Assembly (NCBI GenBank): GCA_051294375.1
Contig: CM119264.1
Location: 18,107,729 to 18,171,728, forward strand
Source: Paraspadella gotoi
Lineage: Eukaryota > Animalia > Chaetognatha
Direction of reading: 5' to 3'
Length of the DNA: 64,000 nt
The notes under the pieces were generated by a model. The model did not search any database, was not told the DNA's origin, and saw only the letters and a list, made by a program, of their open reading frames with translations. Of the stretch, positions 1 through 14,711 are shown piece by piece. A program made the translations under genes and the position numbers. Numbering within the stretch: the first letter of the stretch is position 1; every line of letters starts with the position of its first letter.

Positions 1-50
1 AGTCGGTTTCTTTTCCTTTCTTCATCTAAATCTTATTCTCTCTTTCCCTT

Positions 51-150
51 TCTCCTTTCTCTTCATCCTTTCCTTTCCTTTTTCCTTTCTCTTCATCCTT
101 TCCTTTTCTTTTTCCTTTCTCTTCATCCTTTCCTTTCCTTTCTCCTTCTT
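51..150 (+). repeat. 30-bp pyrimidine minisatellite x3
   Basis: Unit ~tttcctttctcttcatcctttcctttcctt. Confidence 0.8.
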
Positions 151-768
151 CCCACTTTCTCGTCGTCTCGACTTCACTCCTCGCCCTCTTCATTAATTCT
201 TTTCTTCATTTATTATCACAAAAGACTGATGCCACCTCCTTTCGAGAAGGAGGAGGAGGAGGAGGAGGAGGAAGAGCAAGAGAAGGCCATTCGAGTTCTG
301 TTGCTTCTTTGGAAGACGAAAGGTGCGGAGCCCGGGAAAAATTGAAACACAAAAGGAAATGAGAAAAAACGAAAAAGCTAAAACGCGAGGAAAAAAAAGT
401 TAAAACAAAAATGCAGTAGAAATTTTAAAAAACCTTTTTATACTTTATGCAATGAACATCTTTTTAACAGTCACCACTACATTTAATGCAGGACGTCATG
501 TAAAATATATTTTTTTCTTATAATCTGTCGATACAAGACAAGGGAAAATAAGTTATCAGTGAAGCTAACCCCGAAAATCCGAGATTTTTTTCCTACGTTA
601 ATTCCTCCTAGTCCGCCATTTTTCTCCCATCGCCGCCTTATCTCGTTCCGCGCGCGATAAAGACGCATCGCGAGCGGAGAAAAAACAAGAGGGGACTCGA
701 CGTGCAGATTGAAATGCTAATTTCCTTTTTTTTTTCTGAGCCAGCTACTGTCTCCGCTGTCAGTAAAG

Positions 769-1187
<419 letters not shown>

Positions 1188-2393
1188 TTTTTACCGATTA
1201 TGGAATTTACAGACCCATCATCCTATTATGCTTTTTTTCTCATCTTCCTGTATTTCATCTCTTTTTCTTTTTGCATATCTTTTCTTCCTTTAAGCTTTAT
1301 CTTACATTTTTTTCATTTCTTTTCCTCTTTTATTAAAAGTGTTACATCCCTTTTTTCTCGCTAAACGATGAGTCCGAGTTACTTTTTTGTCATCTTTCTT
1401 TCCTGTCGCCATTTTTTCTTATTCGTTACTTCTTTTTAAAAAAAATCCGCGAGATTTAATATCAGAGTCGAGATTTTTTTCCTCCTTCTCGTTTGATCGG
1501 GATTATTTCCTCTTTTTCTCCAACTTTCTTTCTTCTTCTTTTTTTCCTCCGCCACCTCCGCCCCCTTTTCCTCCTCGGAGGCATTTTCTTACCAGTCCTG
1601 CGTCTTTCTTCATAAATATGTGATCAGGTCTGCCAGAAAACGGGGCAGAGGCCCCGAAAAAAGAGAAAGGAAAGGGGGGGAAAAAGAGAAAACGCAGAAA
1701 AATACCGAGAAGGGAATAGAAAAATATAAGAAAAAAATAGAATAAAAATCCGAGAAAAAAAGTAAAAAGTAAAAAAAAAAGTTTTTCTCTCGTCTCTCGA
1801 AATAAGGATGGCGTCGATTACAAAAATATTGAAAATCGAAAATCATATTTTAAACTAAAATTATTAATTTAATTTAAAATTTTAGATGAGGTAGCAGACA
1901 ACCCAGATTCTATCTTTATCATCCAGGTAATTTCTATTTAATCATTAAGTTTTATCATTTCCCGTCCATCGCAAACCTGCGGAGAACGAAGCAGCCGCAG
2001 TTGCTCGGGATGCAGCTGCGTTGTAGATGATTGTTCCACCTCGTCACGATAGCGCTATTTTTTTTTCACAGTTTTTATCGCTTTCTGACGAAATACAAAT
2101 TAAAATTTACTTAATAAGTAAATAACGTGGTTGTACCGAATACTTTTTACATTATAACTGTGACTCATTTCATGACCAACTTCCATTTAGTTTCTAAGCT
2201 GCCGAGAAGGTAACTGCTTCGTCGTGGTCGTCGTTGTCATGTTCGTCCCACCAGCCATTTCCAGCGGTGAATTGTTGCTCGACAGTTTATAGCAGACTGT
2301 TGGTTCCCTTTTAATCCTGTTTTAATGATGTCGTGGTCGCTGCGAGAGAGCTAGAGAGAGAAGGCGGAAGAGAGAGAAAGATAGAGAGAGTGG

Positions 2394-2460
<67 letters not shown>

Positions 2461-2884
2461 GGCATCAAACAAGTTTTTAGGTTGATGCTCATTCATAATG
2501 CTTCGTATTAAATTAATAGAGGAAGAAATGCCGACGAACTTTGTGGGCTGAAATAATGTAACAAACTTCATCAGTGGCATTTAAACAAATTACCTTTTAA
2601 AGTTTCTTTAAAAATAAAATATAATTTTTCATCGATTTTTATCGGACGAACATAAACAAAACTTAATTTATCCTTTGTAAGTAAGCCAATAAGAAAATGA
2701 TAAAAAAAAACAAACAATAAAACCAAATAATAATGGAAAAAGAAAACAGAGAACAATCTTTCCAATATGTAGCGTCGCAATAATTTAATGATCATAATTT
2801 TAGCTAATTATATAAATATACAAGTATAAACCATTTAACAACTTTTGACAACATTTAACCTCTGATATCTGCAGAAGGTTAACT

Positions 2885-2970
2885 AACTCCGAGATATAAA
2901 AAAGACCGACTGACCGACAACAGAGTAACTATCAGAGTTGCATCGCAAGTTTTCGCAGCGCAACTAAAAA
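2885..2970 (-). mobile_element. Helentron/HINE (DINE-1-like) terminal fragment
   Basis: Reverse complement reads TTTTT-AGTTGCGCTGCGAAAACTTGCGATGCAACT-CTGATAGTTACTCTGTTGTCGGTCAGTCGGTC: T-run, sub-terminal inverted repeat/hairpin, then a GTCN microsatellite; similar to 6714-6805. Confidence 0.55.
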
Positions 2971-3503
2971 AAAAAAAAATAAAACCGCGAGTCTGCAAAG
3001 CGAACGACGTCGAGCGGCGACGAAATGACAATTACAATAAAAGTCGGAATATTCATGAAACGCCAAGGTAGAGTTTATGAGATTTTCAACGGTTTTTTTT
3101 TTTTATCTTTTTTTTTAATTAAAAAAAGTTGGTGATTACTGCGTTTTTTTCAAGAGCTTGATTCCCAATTCCGATTCAAAAGAGAAGAAATTAGAGAAAA
3201 CGCAAGTTTCATTTGAGTTGCCGAGAGTTGGGACGAAAAAGGTCGAGAGGAGAGAGAACAGGCGGAAAAAGGGAAATAGAGAAGCCGTATTATCTTTAAA
3301 AATGATATAAATATTATATTTTGAAAAGTCTAATTAAATCATTTTTTTTTATTTTCACTTTTTCATGGTGACATTTTACTATTCAGGTAAGTTGCCTCTT
3401 GTGATGTTGTGAATTTGTAAAAAGTAAAAGCTATATAGGTAAAAAAATAAATCATTGTTCTTCAACAGTAAATCATTGAACTTAAACAGTTTTTTTTAAG
3501 TAT

Positions 3504-3534
<31 letters not shown>

Positions 3535-3895
3535 GACGCAGGAATGCAACATAAGTGGAGAGACAGAAAAAGAGAGAGAGTGGAAGGAAACATAAGTAGT
3601 GAAATAGAGAAGGAAGAAAGGGAAAGAGAAAAGAGAAAAAGGAAGGAAAAAAAGAAAAGAATAATCGAAAAAAAAGGAGAAAAACACTAAAGAGCCGAAG
3701 ACGTCGCGTTTGTTTCCGCAAACAAAGGAAATTAAAAAGAATCTGAGGAGAGATAAATCTCTCTCTCCCTCTCTCTCTCTCTCTCNNNNNNNNNNNNNNN
3801 NNNNNNNNNNNNNNNNNNNNNNNNNNNNNNNNNNNNNNNNNNNNNNNNNNNNNNNNNNNNNNNNNNNNNNNNNNNNNNNNNNNNNNNNNNNNNNN

Positions 3896-3930
<35 letters not shown>

Positions 3931-4886
3931 TTCCTATCTCCAGGGAGAGATCCCAGAATTACGGTGAAAGGAGAAATCGTGAAGATAAAAAGAAGGTAGA
4001 AGAATGAGAGAATGAGGGAGAACGATGACGAACAAGATGAAGAGAGAGCAGAGGAGAAGGATAATAGGGTTTGTAAGAGAGATGAAAGAGGGAAAATGAT
4101 AGAAAAAGTATCTCTATGTAAAAGTATTATGCTAGAGTCATATGCAAAAAAGGAAAGGCTGAATTCGTTTTGATTCAATTAGCGGTTTCATCATCGAATC
4201 AATATAATAACAGATAATATTAAAAGTACTAAATAGAAAAAGCTACTAACAGAACGATTAGGACGTCGATGCAAGTCAAATAATGTCTCTCTCTCTCTCT
4301 CTCTTTCTCTCTTTCTCTCTCTCTCTTTCTCTCTCTCCTCTTTCTTTTTCCCTTTTTTTTGTTATTTTTCTCCTCGTCTTCTTCATGCATATTGGATGTC
4401 ATTGATTGCATATAATCTCTTCCATTAACGAGGTTTTTTTTCCTCGGGATGATTTCTTTGCTTCTTTTGCTTTTTTTCCTCTCGCTTTTTTTTTTTTGCT
4501 TTTTACCCTCGAGTCGCTTTTTTTTCGGTCATCGGCGAAACGATTTCCGACAAATCGACGAAAATTTGGGAAAATTTGGGAAAAACGTCTTTGGAATTGG
4601 AGCAGAAAAAAGGAGGATCGTTCGGGTAGAGATATCATCGCGTAGAGGACAGACAAAACTTTTTTTTCCTTTTTCTTTCTTTTTTTTTTCGGTTTTTCCT
4701 AGTTTTTTTTTCTATATTTTTCTTTTATTCTTTCCTTTGTGTTTCTCGAATCTAAAAAACAGAACAAAATTTTAAAACCGATCAAAACAACAATACAACT
4801 GAACAGGTCGCCGAATAGTCACCAACTCTCAGAATTATTTTTCGTCAAAACATTAATTGCCGCCGCCGCCGACGACGACGACGACC

Positions 4887-4921
<35 letters not shown>

Positions 4922-5166
4922 GACTCGACAACAAAGGCCTCTGCCACAAAACCGACAATCGACGACAAAGGAGCGATTTCTCTTCACGGGAATTCACGAT
5001 AAAACCATCGCACGTGAATCGGAGGAAGAGGAGGTAAAGGAAAAGGATCGAGAAATTCCGATCCTGAATAAGAAACTCGGAGAATAAAAAGTGACAGTGA
5101 ATCAACATGCAAACAAATTAGAAGCTCTCGCTTTTTATCCCGATTAATTTATTCCAGTTCTTACCG

Positions 5167-5235
<69 letters not shown>

Positions 5236-5683
5236 GTGATCGATGATGGCGGCAAAAGGAAATTAAAATACGAGAAATAAACAAGAAGACGACAGAGACA
5301 GAGTGGAAGATGAAAATAAAAGTATACAATAAATATTCGGTGTGAAAAATAAATTCGAGACGCCATTTGCGGCGAGAAAATGGTATTCACTATTCTCTGT
5401 GAAGTGAAGACGACTTCTTTGATTTGCAAGTCGTTAAATATGTTTCTTGGCAAAGTTCTCAAGATTATAATAAAAAGAAAACTATAAAATTATAGTAAAA
5501 CCATATCTATCTCTATCTCTATCTCTCTCGCTCTCTCACTCCCTCTCTCTCCGGATTTGACCTTGCTATTTCGCCGTTCCTCTGACGCTCTTAGTTTTCA
5601 AATGGTTCCACTGACATATAGACTTATAGTCAATATTACTATATAAGAGGGAAACAGAGAGAAATATAAAAAGAGAGCCAGAG

Positions 5684-5730
<47 letters not shown>

Positions 5731-6057
5731 TTGAGTTTGAAAGGAACCAGTCGGCGACTTTCATTCGGGCAACACGAAGGCTTCTCTTTGGCTCCTCATT
5801 AGTTCAACTGTTGACTAACGATCGTTTACGAAGAGATTAGATTCTCAAATCCCCGGTGAGCGATAACCCGCTATCATCACCATCGTCGTTGTGAGACGAA
5901 TGTTCAATCTCTTCACTCACGATGGCTTTTGTTGTCCAAGTACATTCTCACTTTGTCCTTGCGATTGTTCATTCGCGTTTAACTCAAGTTATATTTATCA
6001 ATATTGTTTTCCTACACAGTCCGCTGTCGGTGTTTCACCCGTCTCTGTCTCTCTCAC

Positions 6058-6191
<134 letters not shown>

Positions 6192-6713
6192 TTAGAACGA
6201 AAAAGACAAATTTGGACGTTTATCGTCTTGGGGTTCTCGAACCTCGACAGAATCTCGTGGCACTTTTGTTGATTAAAAGTCAAACAAAAGCAAACATCGA
6301 CGTCGTGAGTCACTTACCCGACCGGCCCCCTTCTGCCCACACCCGGCCTCACCCAACTCTGCCTCCAACCTTGAGACCCCATTTTCTAAAAAGTCGCAAA
6401 ATCTTCGCGAGTAATTTATTGCCTCTTTCGCCACGGCAGTTCATCCCGCTTCCATCGTCTCACTACACCCACTCACAATTTCTCCTTCCCTTTTCCTTTT
6501 CTCACTTCTTCTTCCTTATTTCGTCTTCATCTGTCTCTTCCTTTCCCTTCTTCTTATTGTCCTTCGTTTTCTTTCTTTTTTTCTACCACCCAAATTCAGT
6601 AAAACCTTTATTCCAGAATTACTGTTTTTATATCTCCGAGTTGGCTCCAAGCACCACTATTTCATTAGACGTAAAAATGATAAAAGTAAAGATTTAAATG
6701 TGGCTAGGTGACC

Positions 6714-6805
6714 TTTTTAGTTTCGCCGCGAGTACTCGCGGATCAACTCTTTAAGACACTTTTCGGTCTATCAGTCGGTATGTCTGTCCATCGGTATGTC
6801 CCACT
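6714..6805 (+). mobile_element. Helentron/HINE (DINE-1-like) terminal fragment
   Basis: TTTTT-AGTTTCGCCGCGAGTACTCGCGGATCAACT-CTTTAAGACACTTTTCGGTCTATCAGTCGGTATGTCTGTCC; perfect palindrome CCGCGAGTACTCGCGG followed by a degenerate (GTCN)n tract. Confidence 0.55.
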
Positions 6806-9375
6806 TATGTTGTTCAGAACAAAACTCAAAATCTAAGGGACTGCTTGCGCCACCTTCGGAAATTTCTAAAACAATAAGGAATAAAAGACGAAATTTCGAT
6901 GAAGTGCATGTCATAAATACACGACAAAGAGAAATACACGTGAAAATAAAGTCACTGCGGCGAAACACATTGGAATCACCGTTCTTGTTCTCTTTAATAG
7001 ATTATTTGGTTTCTCTGCAATCTGCGCCAATTCAAATTTTGGTCGCCACTCAACTACCTATTTGACCATCCAGAGGTGTTATATTTTTCCTTCTTTATAT
7101 AAAAAATTAGCGAAACGCCAAATTTCGTCCACATTTCGCTAACAAAAGTGAGAACGATCCTCGTCCGCACGAACCGACGTCTTGTGTAAACCTTTTCCAA
7201 AGGTTAATATTTATCGTTAAGGCTTCTCCCGATTATCTCCATCTGGGAGAAGAGAAGGAAAAAGGAAAATGGTGGAACTGGCCCTTTCCTCGCCACCTTC
7301 ACCTCCTTTCCTTCTTTCCTCCCAACGCCTCCCGGGAATCGTCGGCCGAATGAAAGGAACGGAGGAACCGAGGCAGAGGTTAGAAAATGACCCAAAAGCG
7401 ACACCTAAGGGGAAAGAAAATTCTGAGTCAAAGTTAGTCCCGACTCATTAGCAGAATCCATTCGTCATTGGGATTTTAGGAGCCGCGACTTCATTATTCA
7501 TAAGTTCTTCCTCGCGGCTTCCGTTTTGGTCGAGATGGAAAAAAAAAAAATGGCGGCTTTTGTTTTGTCGATTTCCTTTTCTTCGCTTCGTTGTCACTGT
7601 CGTCTTTCCATTGTGATAGGTTATGTGAAAGCTAAAACGGGAAACTTCGTCTTGTTTATTATATATGTTTCTTTGAAATGAGGAACAATGTTCGGAATGG
7701 TAAGTTTTAAGTATCTGACGACCCTAGATTTAATCCGTAAATCCGGGGTATTCTGGGCAGCGCTCAGTTGTTTAACTTTTTAATTTAAATAAAAAAAAAA
7801 TTATCAGACAGGCTTTAGCCAACGGCCATTGAAAGACTTCACCTGCCGATGAAGGGAAACTCCACTCTCGAGATTAAATTAAACCTTGACGCGGTCTCTC
7901 TCATCAAAGTCCTCTCGCTCTCTAGCTCTCTTCATTTTGCCTTCTACACACCCACACACGNNNNNNNNNNNNNNNNNNNNNNNNNGTCTCCTGATCTCTC
8001 TCTCTCCTCTCTCTGCTCTCTCTGTTCTCTCTGCTCTCTCTCATCGTGCTCTCTGCTGCTCGTCCTCTCTCTCTCTCTCGGTCTCTTCCTCTCTGCTCTC
8101 TCTCTGCTCTCTCTCTGCTCTCTCTCTGCTGGCGTAGCCGGGTGACTTCGTAAACTGCGCGTTTGGTGGGCTCTGGACAAACCTCAAGCCTGTTTCTCTG
8201 CGAGTCAGGAGAAGCGTGGCTGTGTGGTTAAAGAAAGGTCTGTGCTAACACACATTTCGTGGCTCAAAGGAGCCGCGTCATGGATTCGAAGAGACTGGAG
8301 GGGAAAAGCAAATTGTAAAATTTATACATGCTATAAGCAAAAGTTCATTAACATATACATTCCAGTTTGTTCGCTAGTTCTCCCGATCTGGAGGCATCAT
8401 AATCCAAACGCTATTTAAGAATTCGATTACAGAGAGATTTGTTCATCTCACTTTTCAAGGGAACCTTATCTAAAGAATTAATAGCAAAAATTTTTTGCAG
8501 ATGTTGGTCTCTGCCCCCAGATCACTCGCTCTCTGTCTTTTTCAAGCGTTTCACATTTGAACCTCAAAACCGTCGAACCGCATTTAAACTCTTCCATGCT
8601 TTCGATTTTCTAAGAAGGGATTTTCGGCGCTGAGCGACTGATATCCGAGTCTCCTCATGAAGCCCGGCTAACGACGCGCCAATCAGAATCGACGATCGAC
8701 CAATTATCGGGAAGGAAAGTAACGACGACGATAACAGACTCAGAATTGAAGATATATTGGAGGGGAGNNNNNNNNNNNNNNNNNNNNNNNNNNNNNNNNN
8801 NNNNNNNNNNNNNNNNNNNNNNNNNNNNNNNNNNNNNNNNNNNNNNNNNNNNNNNNNNNNNNNNNNNNNNNNNNNNNNNNNNNNNNNNNNNNNNNNNNNN
8901 NNNNNNNNNNNNNNNNNNNNNNNNNNNNNNNNNNNNNNNNNNNNNNNNNNNNNNNNNNNNNNNNNNNNNNNNNNNNNNNNNNNNNNNNNNNNNNNNNNNN
9001 NNNNNNNNNNNNNNNNNNNNNNNNNNNNNNNNNNNNNNNNNNNNNNNNNNNGTTTGGTGGAAAATGGAGCAGGGTGACGTCGTCTTCGAAGTGGGAGTGT
9101 CGATGCGGGCGTTCGAGTTTGTGGGGCGGCGGATGTGAACGAATTTCTATAAAAACCTGATTGCAGGGTCCGAGTCGTTTGAACTATGAATGTGTATATT
9201 GTAATTTGTGATTTCTATCATCGATTAATTTTATACATGCATTATTATCACTGCCATACAGTTTCCTGTGCGACTTCATCATTCGCCGAGTCAACGCGAA
9301 ACTCGATTGCGACTTTCGCTGTTGAAACAGATTAGTCGTCGCTGAATGCCTCCAGTGCAGCGAGTTCTCTATCTT

Positions 9376-9427
<52 letters not shown>

Positions 9428-9573
9428 CCTCTCCCTCTGTCTGTCTCTGTGTGTCATTCTTCCTCTCTATCTACTCTGGCTGGAAGAGAGAAGCGAGCGA
9501 AGGATAATTGGGTCGGACACTTCGAAAAGGGAAACCGCGTCATAAAGTCACGAAATATCGGCGGAGGGAGACT

Positions 9574-9695
9574 AGAGCGAGGGAGTGGGTTGTGGAGGGA
9601 GAGTGGAGCGAAGGAGTGGGTTGTGGAGGGAAAGTAAAGCGAGGGAGTGGGTTGTGGAGAGAGAGCGAGGCGATGGCGAAGGTTGTGGAGGAAAT
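9574..9695 (+). repeat. G-rich ~31-bp minisatellite, ~4 units (copy at ~18225-18370)
   Basis: Core agcgagggagtgggttgtggaggga repeated. Confidence 0.8.
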
Positions 9696-12624
9696 GAGGG
9701 GCTAGGGTGTGGGGCGAGGAAGCTGGTTTTGTAAAGAGACCGGGGGGTCAGTTTTCGTGTAGTTGAATGTGAGGCTCGTTTGTGTGTCGCTTTAAAGAGA
9801 GGTTTAATTTTTAAAATTAGGAGATAGAAAACAATTTTTTTCCGTCTTATTATAGTAGTAAAAAAGCAATCAATGATTATTCGACATTACTTCTTAACAG
9901 TGCCAAGAGTAGAGAGCCAGAGACAACTGAACTTTCAAACGAATTTGCGACGAAGAAGAGGAAAAATATTTATTTAATTCGACTTGATATTTTTTAACGT
10001 TCAAATTCTTTTCAACAAACCGCCCAAAGTCCTTTAGTCGCACCGCGATATTTTACAGGCGATTTGCTTTGTCTTGCTCTTTTGTTTGACCGAGAGGTGG
10101 ATCATGTTGCCGAATCTATTTTGGGTGTCGAAGGTTCGTTCTCGCCTTGACTCACAGATGCTCGCCCCGATGTCCTTCGGTCGCGAAAACTCGATTCTNN
10201 NNNNNNNNNNNNNNNNNNNNNNNNNNNNNNNNNNNNNNNNNNNNNNNNNNNNNNNNNNNNNNNNNNNNNNNNNNNNNNNNNNNNNNNNNNNNNNNNNNNN
10301 NNNNNNNNNNNNNNNNNNNNNNNNNNNNNNNNNNNNNNNNNNNNNNNNNNNNNNNNNNNNNNNNNNNNNNNNNNNNNNNNNNNNNNNNNNNNNNNNNNNN
10401 NNNNNNNNNNNNNNNNNNNNNNNNNNNNNNNNNNNNNNNNNNNNNNNNNNNNNNNNNNNNNNNNNNNNNNNNNNNNNNNNNNNNNNNNNNNNNNNNNNNN
10501 NNNNNNNNNNNNNNNNNNNNNNNNNNNNNNNNNNNNNNNNNNNNNNNNNNNNNNNNNNNNNNNNNNNNNNNNNNNNNNNNNNNNNNNNNNNNNNNNNNNN
10601 NNNNNNNNNNNNNNNNNNNNNNNNNNNNNNNNNNNNNNNNNNNNNNNNNNNNNNNNNNNNNNNNNNNNNNNNNNNNNNNNNNNNNNNNNNNNNNNNNNNN
10701 NNNNNNNNNNNNNNNNNNNNNNNNNNNNNNNNNNNNNNNNNNNNNNNNNNNNNNNNNNNNNNNNNNNNNNNNNNNNNNNNNNNNNNNNNNNNNNNNNNNN
10801 NNNNNNNNNNNNNNNNNNNNNNNNNNNNNNNNNNNNNNNNNNNNNNNNNNNNNNNNNNNNNNNNNNNNNNNNNNNNNNNNNNNNNNNNNNNNNNNNNNNN
10901 NNNNNNNNNNNNNNNNNNNNNNNNNNNNNNNNNNNNNNNNNNNNNNNNNNNNNNNNNNNNNNNNNNNNNNNNNNNNNNNNNNNNNNNNNNNNNNNNNNNN
11001 NNNNNNNNNNNNNCTGTCGACCTCCGTTGGGAACTCGAATGTTGCAGGGGGTGGGGGGGAGTAGAGGAGGAGGGGGAGAAAGAATTTGAGGAATTCTGTT
11101 TTGGTGTTTTCGAGTTTCACTGCAGCGAAGCGACGCAGTCTTAACGATACATTTCACTCTCTTCACGACTTTGGCGTCGGCCACGCCCAATAAAGTTGAT
11201 ACACTTCCGGTTATGGTCGTCGTCGTCGCGCGGAGACTCCGCCCAACAAAATAAAATCATCGACGCGAACGGTGATGAGTTGATGATGACGACGACGATG
11301 ACGATGAAGATGACGATGACTAAATGAATGAGACACAGACATAGTCATGAAGACGGACAACAGAGATAGCGATAAGAATAAAAAAAGTAATAAACACAAA
11401 TTGGAATAGAAGTAAACGAGGAAACCGACGACGAAAAAGACGATAACGACGACATCAGGGAAAAAGGGAAGTCGGAGAAGTGACGCGCTTAATGAAATTC
11501 TTCATCGATAACGGAGGAAACAATAACCGGTTGACGACAGAAACGACGACGACGATGACGATGCCGACGACTACGACGACGACGATAACGAAAAAAGCTT
11601 CTTCCGCTAAATCGTCAACAATCCCCTTCGCTTTTTTTGCTTCGCAGCAAAAATCAACGAATTGAAAAAGACTTTTTTTTTTCGTTTTCGAAAGCAGATT
11701 CCATTAATTGAAAGCGAAGAAGATAAAGGAAGCTTTTCTAAAACTATTTTCTTTTTTTTTTGCTCATGATTGAGATATAATTCAATGATATATACAGTTC
11801 GTTAGAAGAGGAAAAACAAAAACCTTCAAGTTGGAAAAAATGATTCGCCGATGACTCCTTCGCAGGCGGAAGAAGACAAAATGTGTCAGTTCGGTCCCAG
11901 ATGTCCGCGCGCTGAGGCCTAGAAACGGCGCCTCATCCGGGTTAAATTGGCGCCAAGAATAGAGATGAAATTGCGACGTCGAAAAAGGCAACGAGATGGC
12001 GGGGAGATGGTAACTGGATGGGGATGAGATAGCAAAGCGCCGAAAATATCTTCCCGCAAACTGCGACCTCGCGACAAAACCGTAACTTTTTAAAAAAACC
12101 TGTCAAATGTAACGTGAAAGACGATAAAAACCTGTCAAAATAACGGTATCTGTAAAAAATGTAACCTTACTCGGCGTCAAAAATCTGCTGAAACGTTAGT
12201 TGAATTTTATGACTGAACAAGAACTACGTGGATCAGATTGGTTGTGCAAGTGATTCGTTGATTTTTATATATGTCTCCACTCTTCACGATTAAATGTCAG
12301 TTCACAACTCAACAATGACAAGACGAATTCTAAACCACTATGCTCTTAGTCAAAAAGGCTAAAAAAAAGAAGAAAATCCATGAAAAAATGAAAGATGAGA
12401 AATAAGAAGAAAAAAATGGCAGAAAATGTGAGGATGTTGTTTCTCCGCCAAAACCATGCATCTTTAATTTTATGGGTTATGATCCTGAGCCGAGAAACCG
12501 TGGCACCATGGCACCGTGGTACCATAGAGCCATAGCTCCAAGTTATCCTCTTTCCTCTTCGCCTCTCTCTCACTCCAGGAATCCATCCTCTCTGCCCTTA
12601 CACGCATCCACTTTTCGACCTCCT

Positions 12625-12626
12625 TT

Positions 12627-12698
<72 letters not shown>

Positions 12699-12730
12699 TT
12701 TTTCTTTCTTTCTTTCTTTCTTTCTTTTTT
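12625..12730 (+). repeat. (TTTC)n microsatellite (copy at ~21318-21440)
   Basis: Direct inspection. Confidence 0.95.
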
Positions 12731-13298
12731 ATCTATCTAAGTCCTTTTATTTATCTTTCTGTCTTTTTTCTTTCTTCCTCCTCTTTTTAGTTTTAAACCC
12801 TTTCATCTTTATTTCTTCTATCTTTGCCCCCTTTGTATTCTGCCCCTGTGTCACTCCACCCTCCCCTCTTCAAAAGTTGTAAAAGGTTTCTCCTATGACA
12901 CTCTTGTCTCAAGCCATAACGGTTTTTAGCTTTTCAGGAGTGACAGAAAGATCTTTTTTGTAAGCTTGTGTTGTGCCACTACCAAGGAGTTTTTTTTTGC
13001 AAGAACTTAGCTTTTTCCCTCTAACTTCCCACAAGAATTTCCGCATAATATTTGGTGCCGATTTTCCCATTAACGCTCTGGCAACTCCTTCAGCCCTTTA
13101 AAGACCATCAACCCTTTTATTCCACGAGGACGAAACCCCCTCATCTTCCAGACCTCTCGAAAAAGAGCAGGGGTCGCTGAAGACTTGATGGACCGCGCAT
13201 GAAATTCTTAGCTATTTCCCGCTTTTCCCGTTTTTTTTTTGTTTTTGTTCCTCGTCGTTCATTATTCAACGAATTCCTCGACGTCGTCGGTCGCGTTT

Positions 13299-13336
<38 letters not shown>

Positions 13337-13440
13337 TTCCTCGTTTGTTTCGGTTTCTCGAGATTTTTTTCTCGTTATTTTTTTAATTTATCTTCAGTAT
13401 TTTTAGCTCAAACCTTTGATCTCTCTCTGCTCTCTCTCTC

Positions 13441-13512
<72 letters not shown>

Positions 13513-13618
13513 TATTCCTATCCCCTTTCCTCATTCCTTCACTCAAACGCCTCAGGTGTGCCAGCCGCATTCCGATTCGGCAGAGATTTGTCGCGATTTG
13601 CTCGATCGTTTCTTTCTT

Positions 13619-13692
<74 letters not shown>

Positions 13693-14093
13693 TTCTCTCT
13701 CTTCTCTCCTCTCTCTCTCTCTCTCTCTCTCCTTCTCTCTCCTCTTTCCCCTTGCGCGGCTGCTCACGCGCCGTCTGCTACCGCATTCTCTCACGCCGCA
13801 ACGAAATTGTGGAATTTATGTTGGTAGCGACGATTAGGCGAAGCGAAGGCGTGTGCGAAAGGACGTGTTATGCCCATTTCTTTACCATTTCATTCGATGA
13901 AGATTTCTATCATAGAATTTAATATTTCAATATTCCAAATATATTTGCTGTGTCTGTTCTACAGTAATTGAAACATATTACTAAAAAATAACTTGAAAAA
14001 TACTAATATTAACAATGTCAACATCAACTTAGCTCTCTATAAATTTTTAAATATGTTGCGGCATCTTCTTAGGGGGCCTATTCGTCCTCTCTT

Positions 14094-14161
<68 letters not shown>

Positions 14162-14711
14162 TCTCTCTCTCTCTCTCTCTCTCTCCCCACTCTTTCCTCC
14201 TCCTTCCATCCCTTCTATCTCACCTTTCGCCCCACGAAACAAATGCAATGGGATTGTTTTCGCATCTTGATTCGTCTCGCCGCCGCAGCGCCGCACCTGA
14301 GGCGGAAAAAAAAAGGCGAAAGCGGGAAAGGTTAAGCCGTCAGGATGGCGAAGGCAGTAGAGGAGGAGAAAAGACAAAAGGTCGTCTCGCCGGTGGGACT
14401 CGCTGAGAAAAAAGTACGAGAATGCTAAAGGGGCGATTGGGGGGGAGGGGTAAGGGGCTGTCGAGAGCACAGTAAGGGCCGATTTTGGGGGCGACTGGTG
14501 TTGAAAGTCCGAAAGAGTAAGTGGTTATCATGGAAACGTGTTTAAGGCCTCGTTTTACTTTAAAAACGAAAAAAATATAAGCCTGTCCAAAGTCAGGGGC
14601 AAGATAGTTTATTTATTAAATGAATAGATAATTTTTATATTGGTTGTACTATTTTCATAATATAATATAATATCTTGTAGAAGTCAGAGTTTATTAAACC
14701 AGACTACTTTT

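Noticed and set aside
1887-1905. TGAGGTAG let-7-like seed; also a miR-10*-like caaaattcgtatc at ~55442
   Set aside because: The match stops after the seed or partial word and there is no precursor hairpin.
7986-8250. Apparently unique interrupted CT sequence and following segment
   Set aside because: It follows a 25-N spacer and replaces cleaner sequence at ~16401-16625; it looks like low-quality read sequence.
9574-9695. CRISPR-like regular repeats
   Set aside because: No unique spacers, no cas genes, eukaryotic context; an ordinary minisatellite.
10074-11190. Long ORFs of 305-362 aa (and similar ones at 8746-9138 and 60555-63485)
   Set aside because: They are open only because they run through N gaps.
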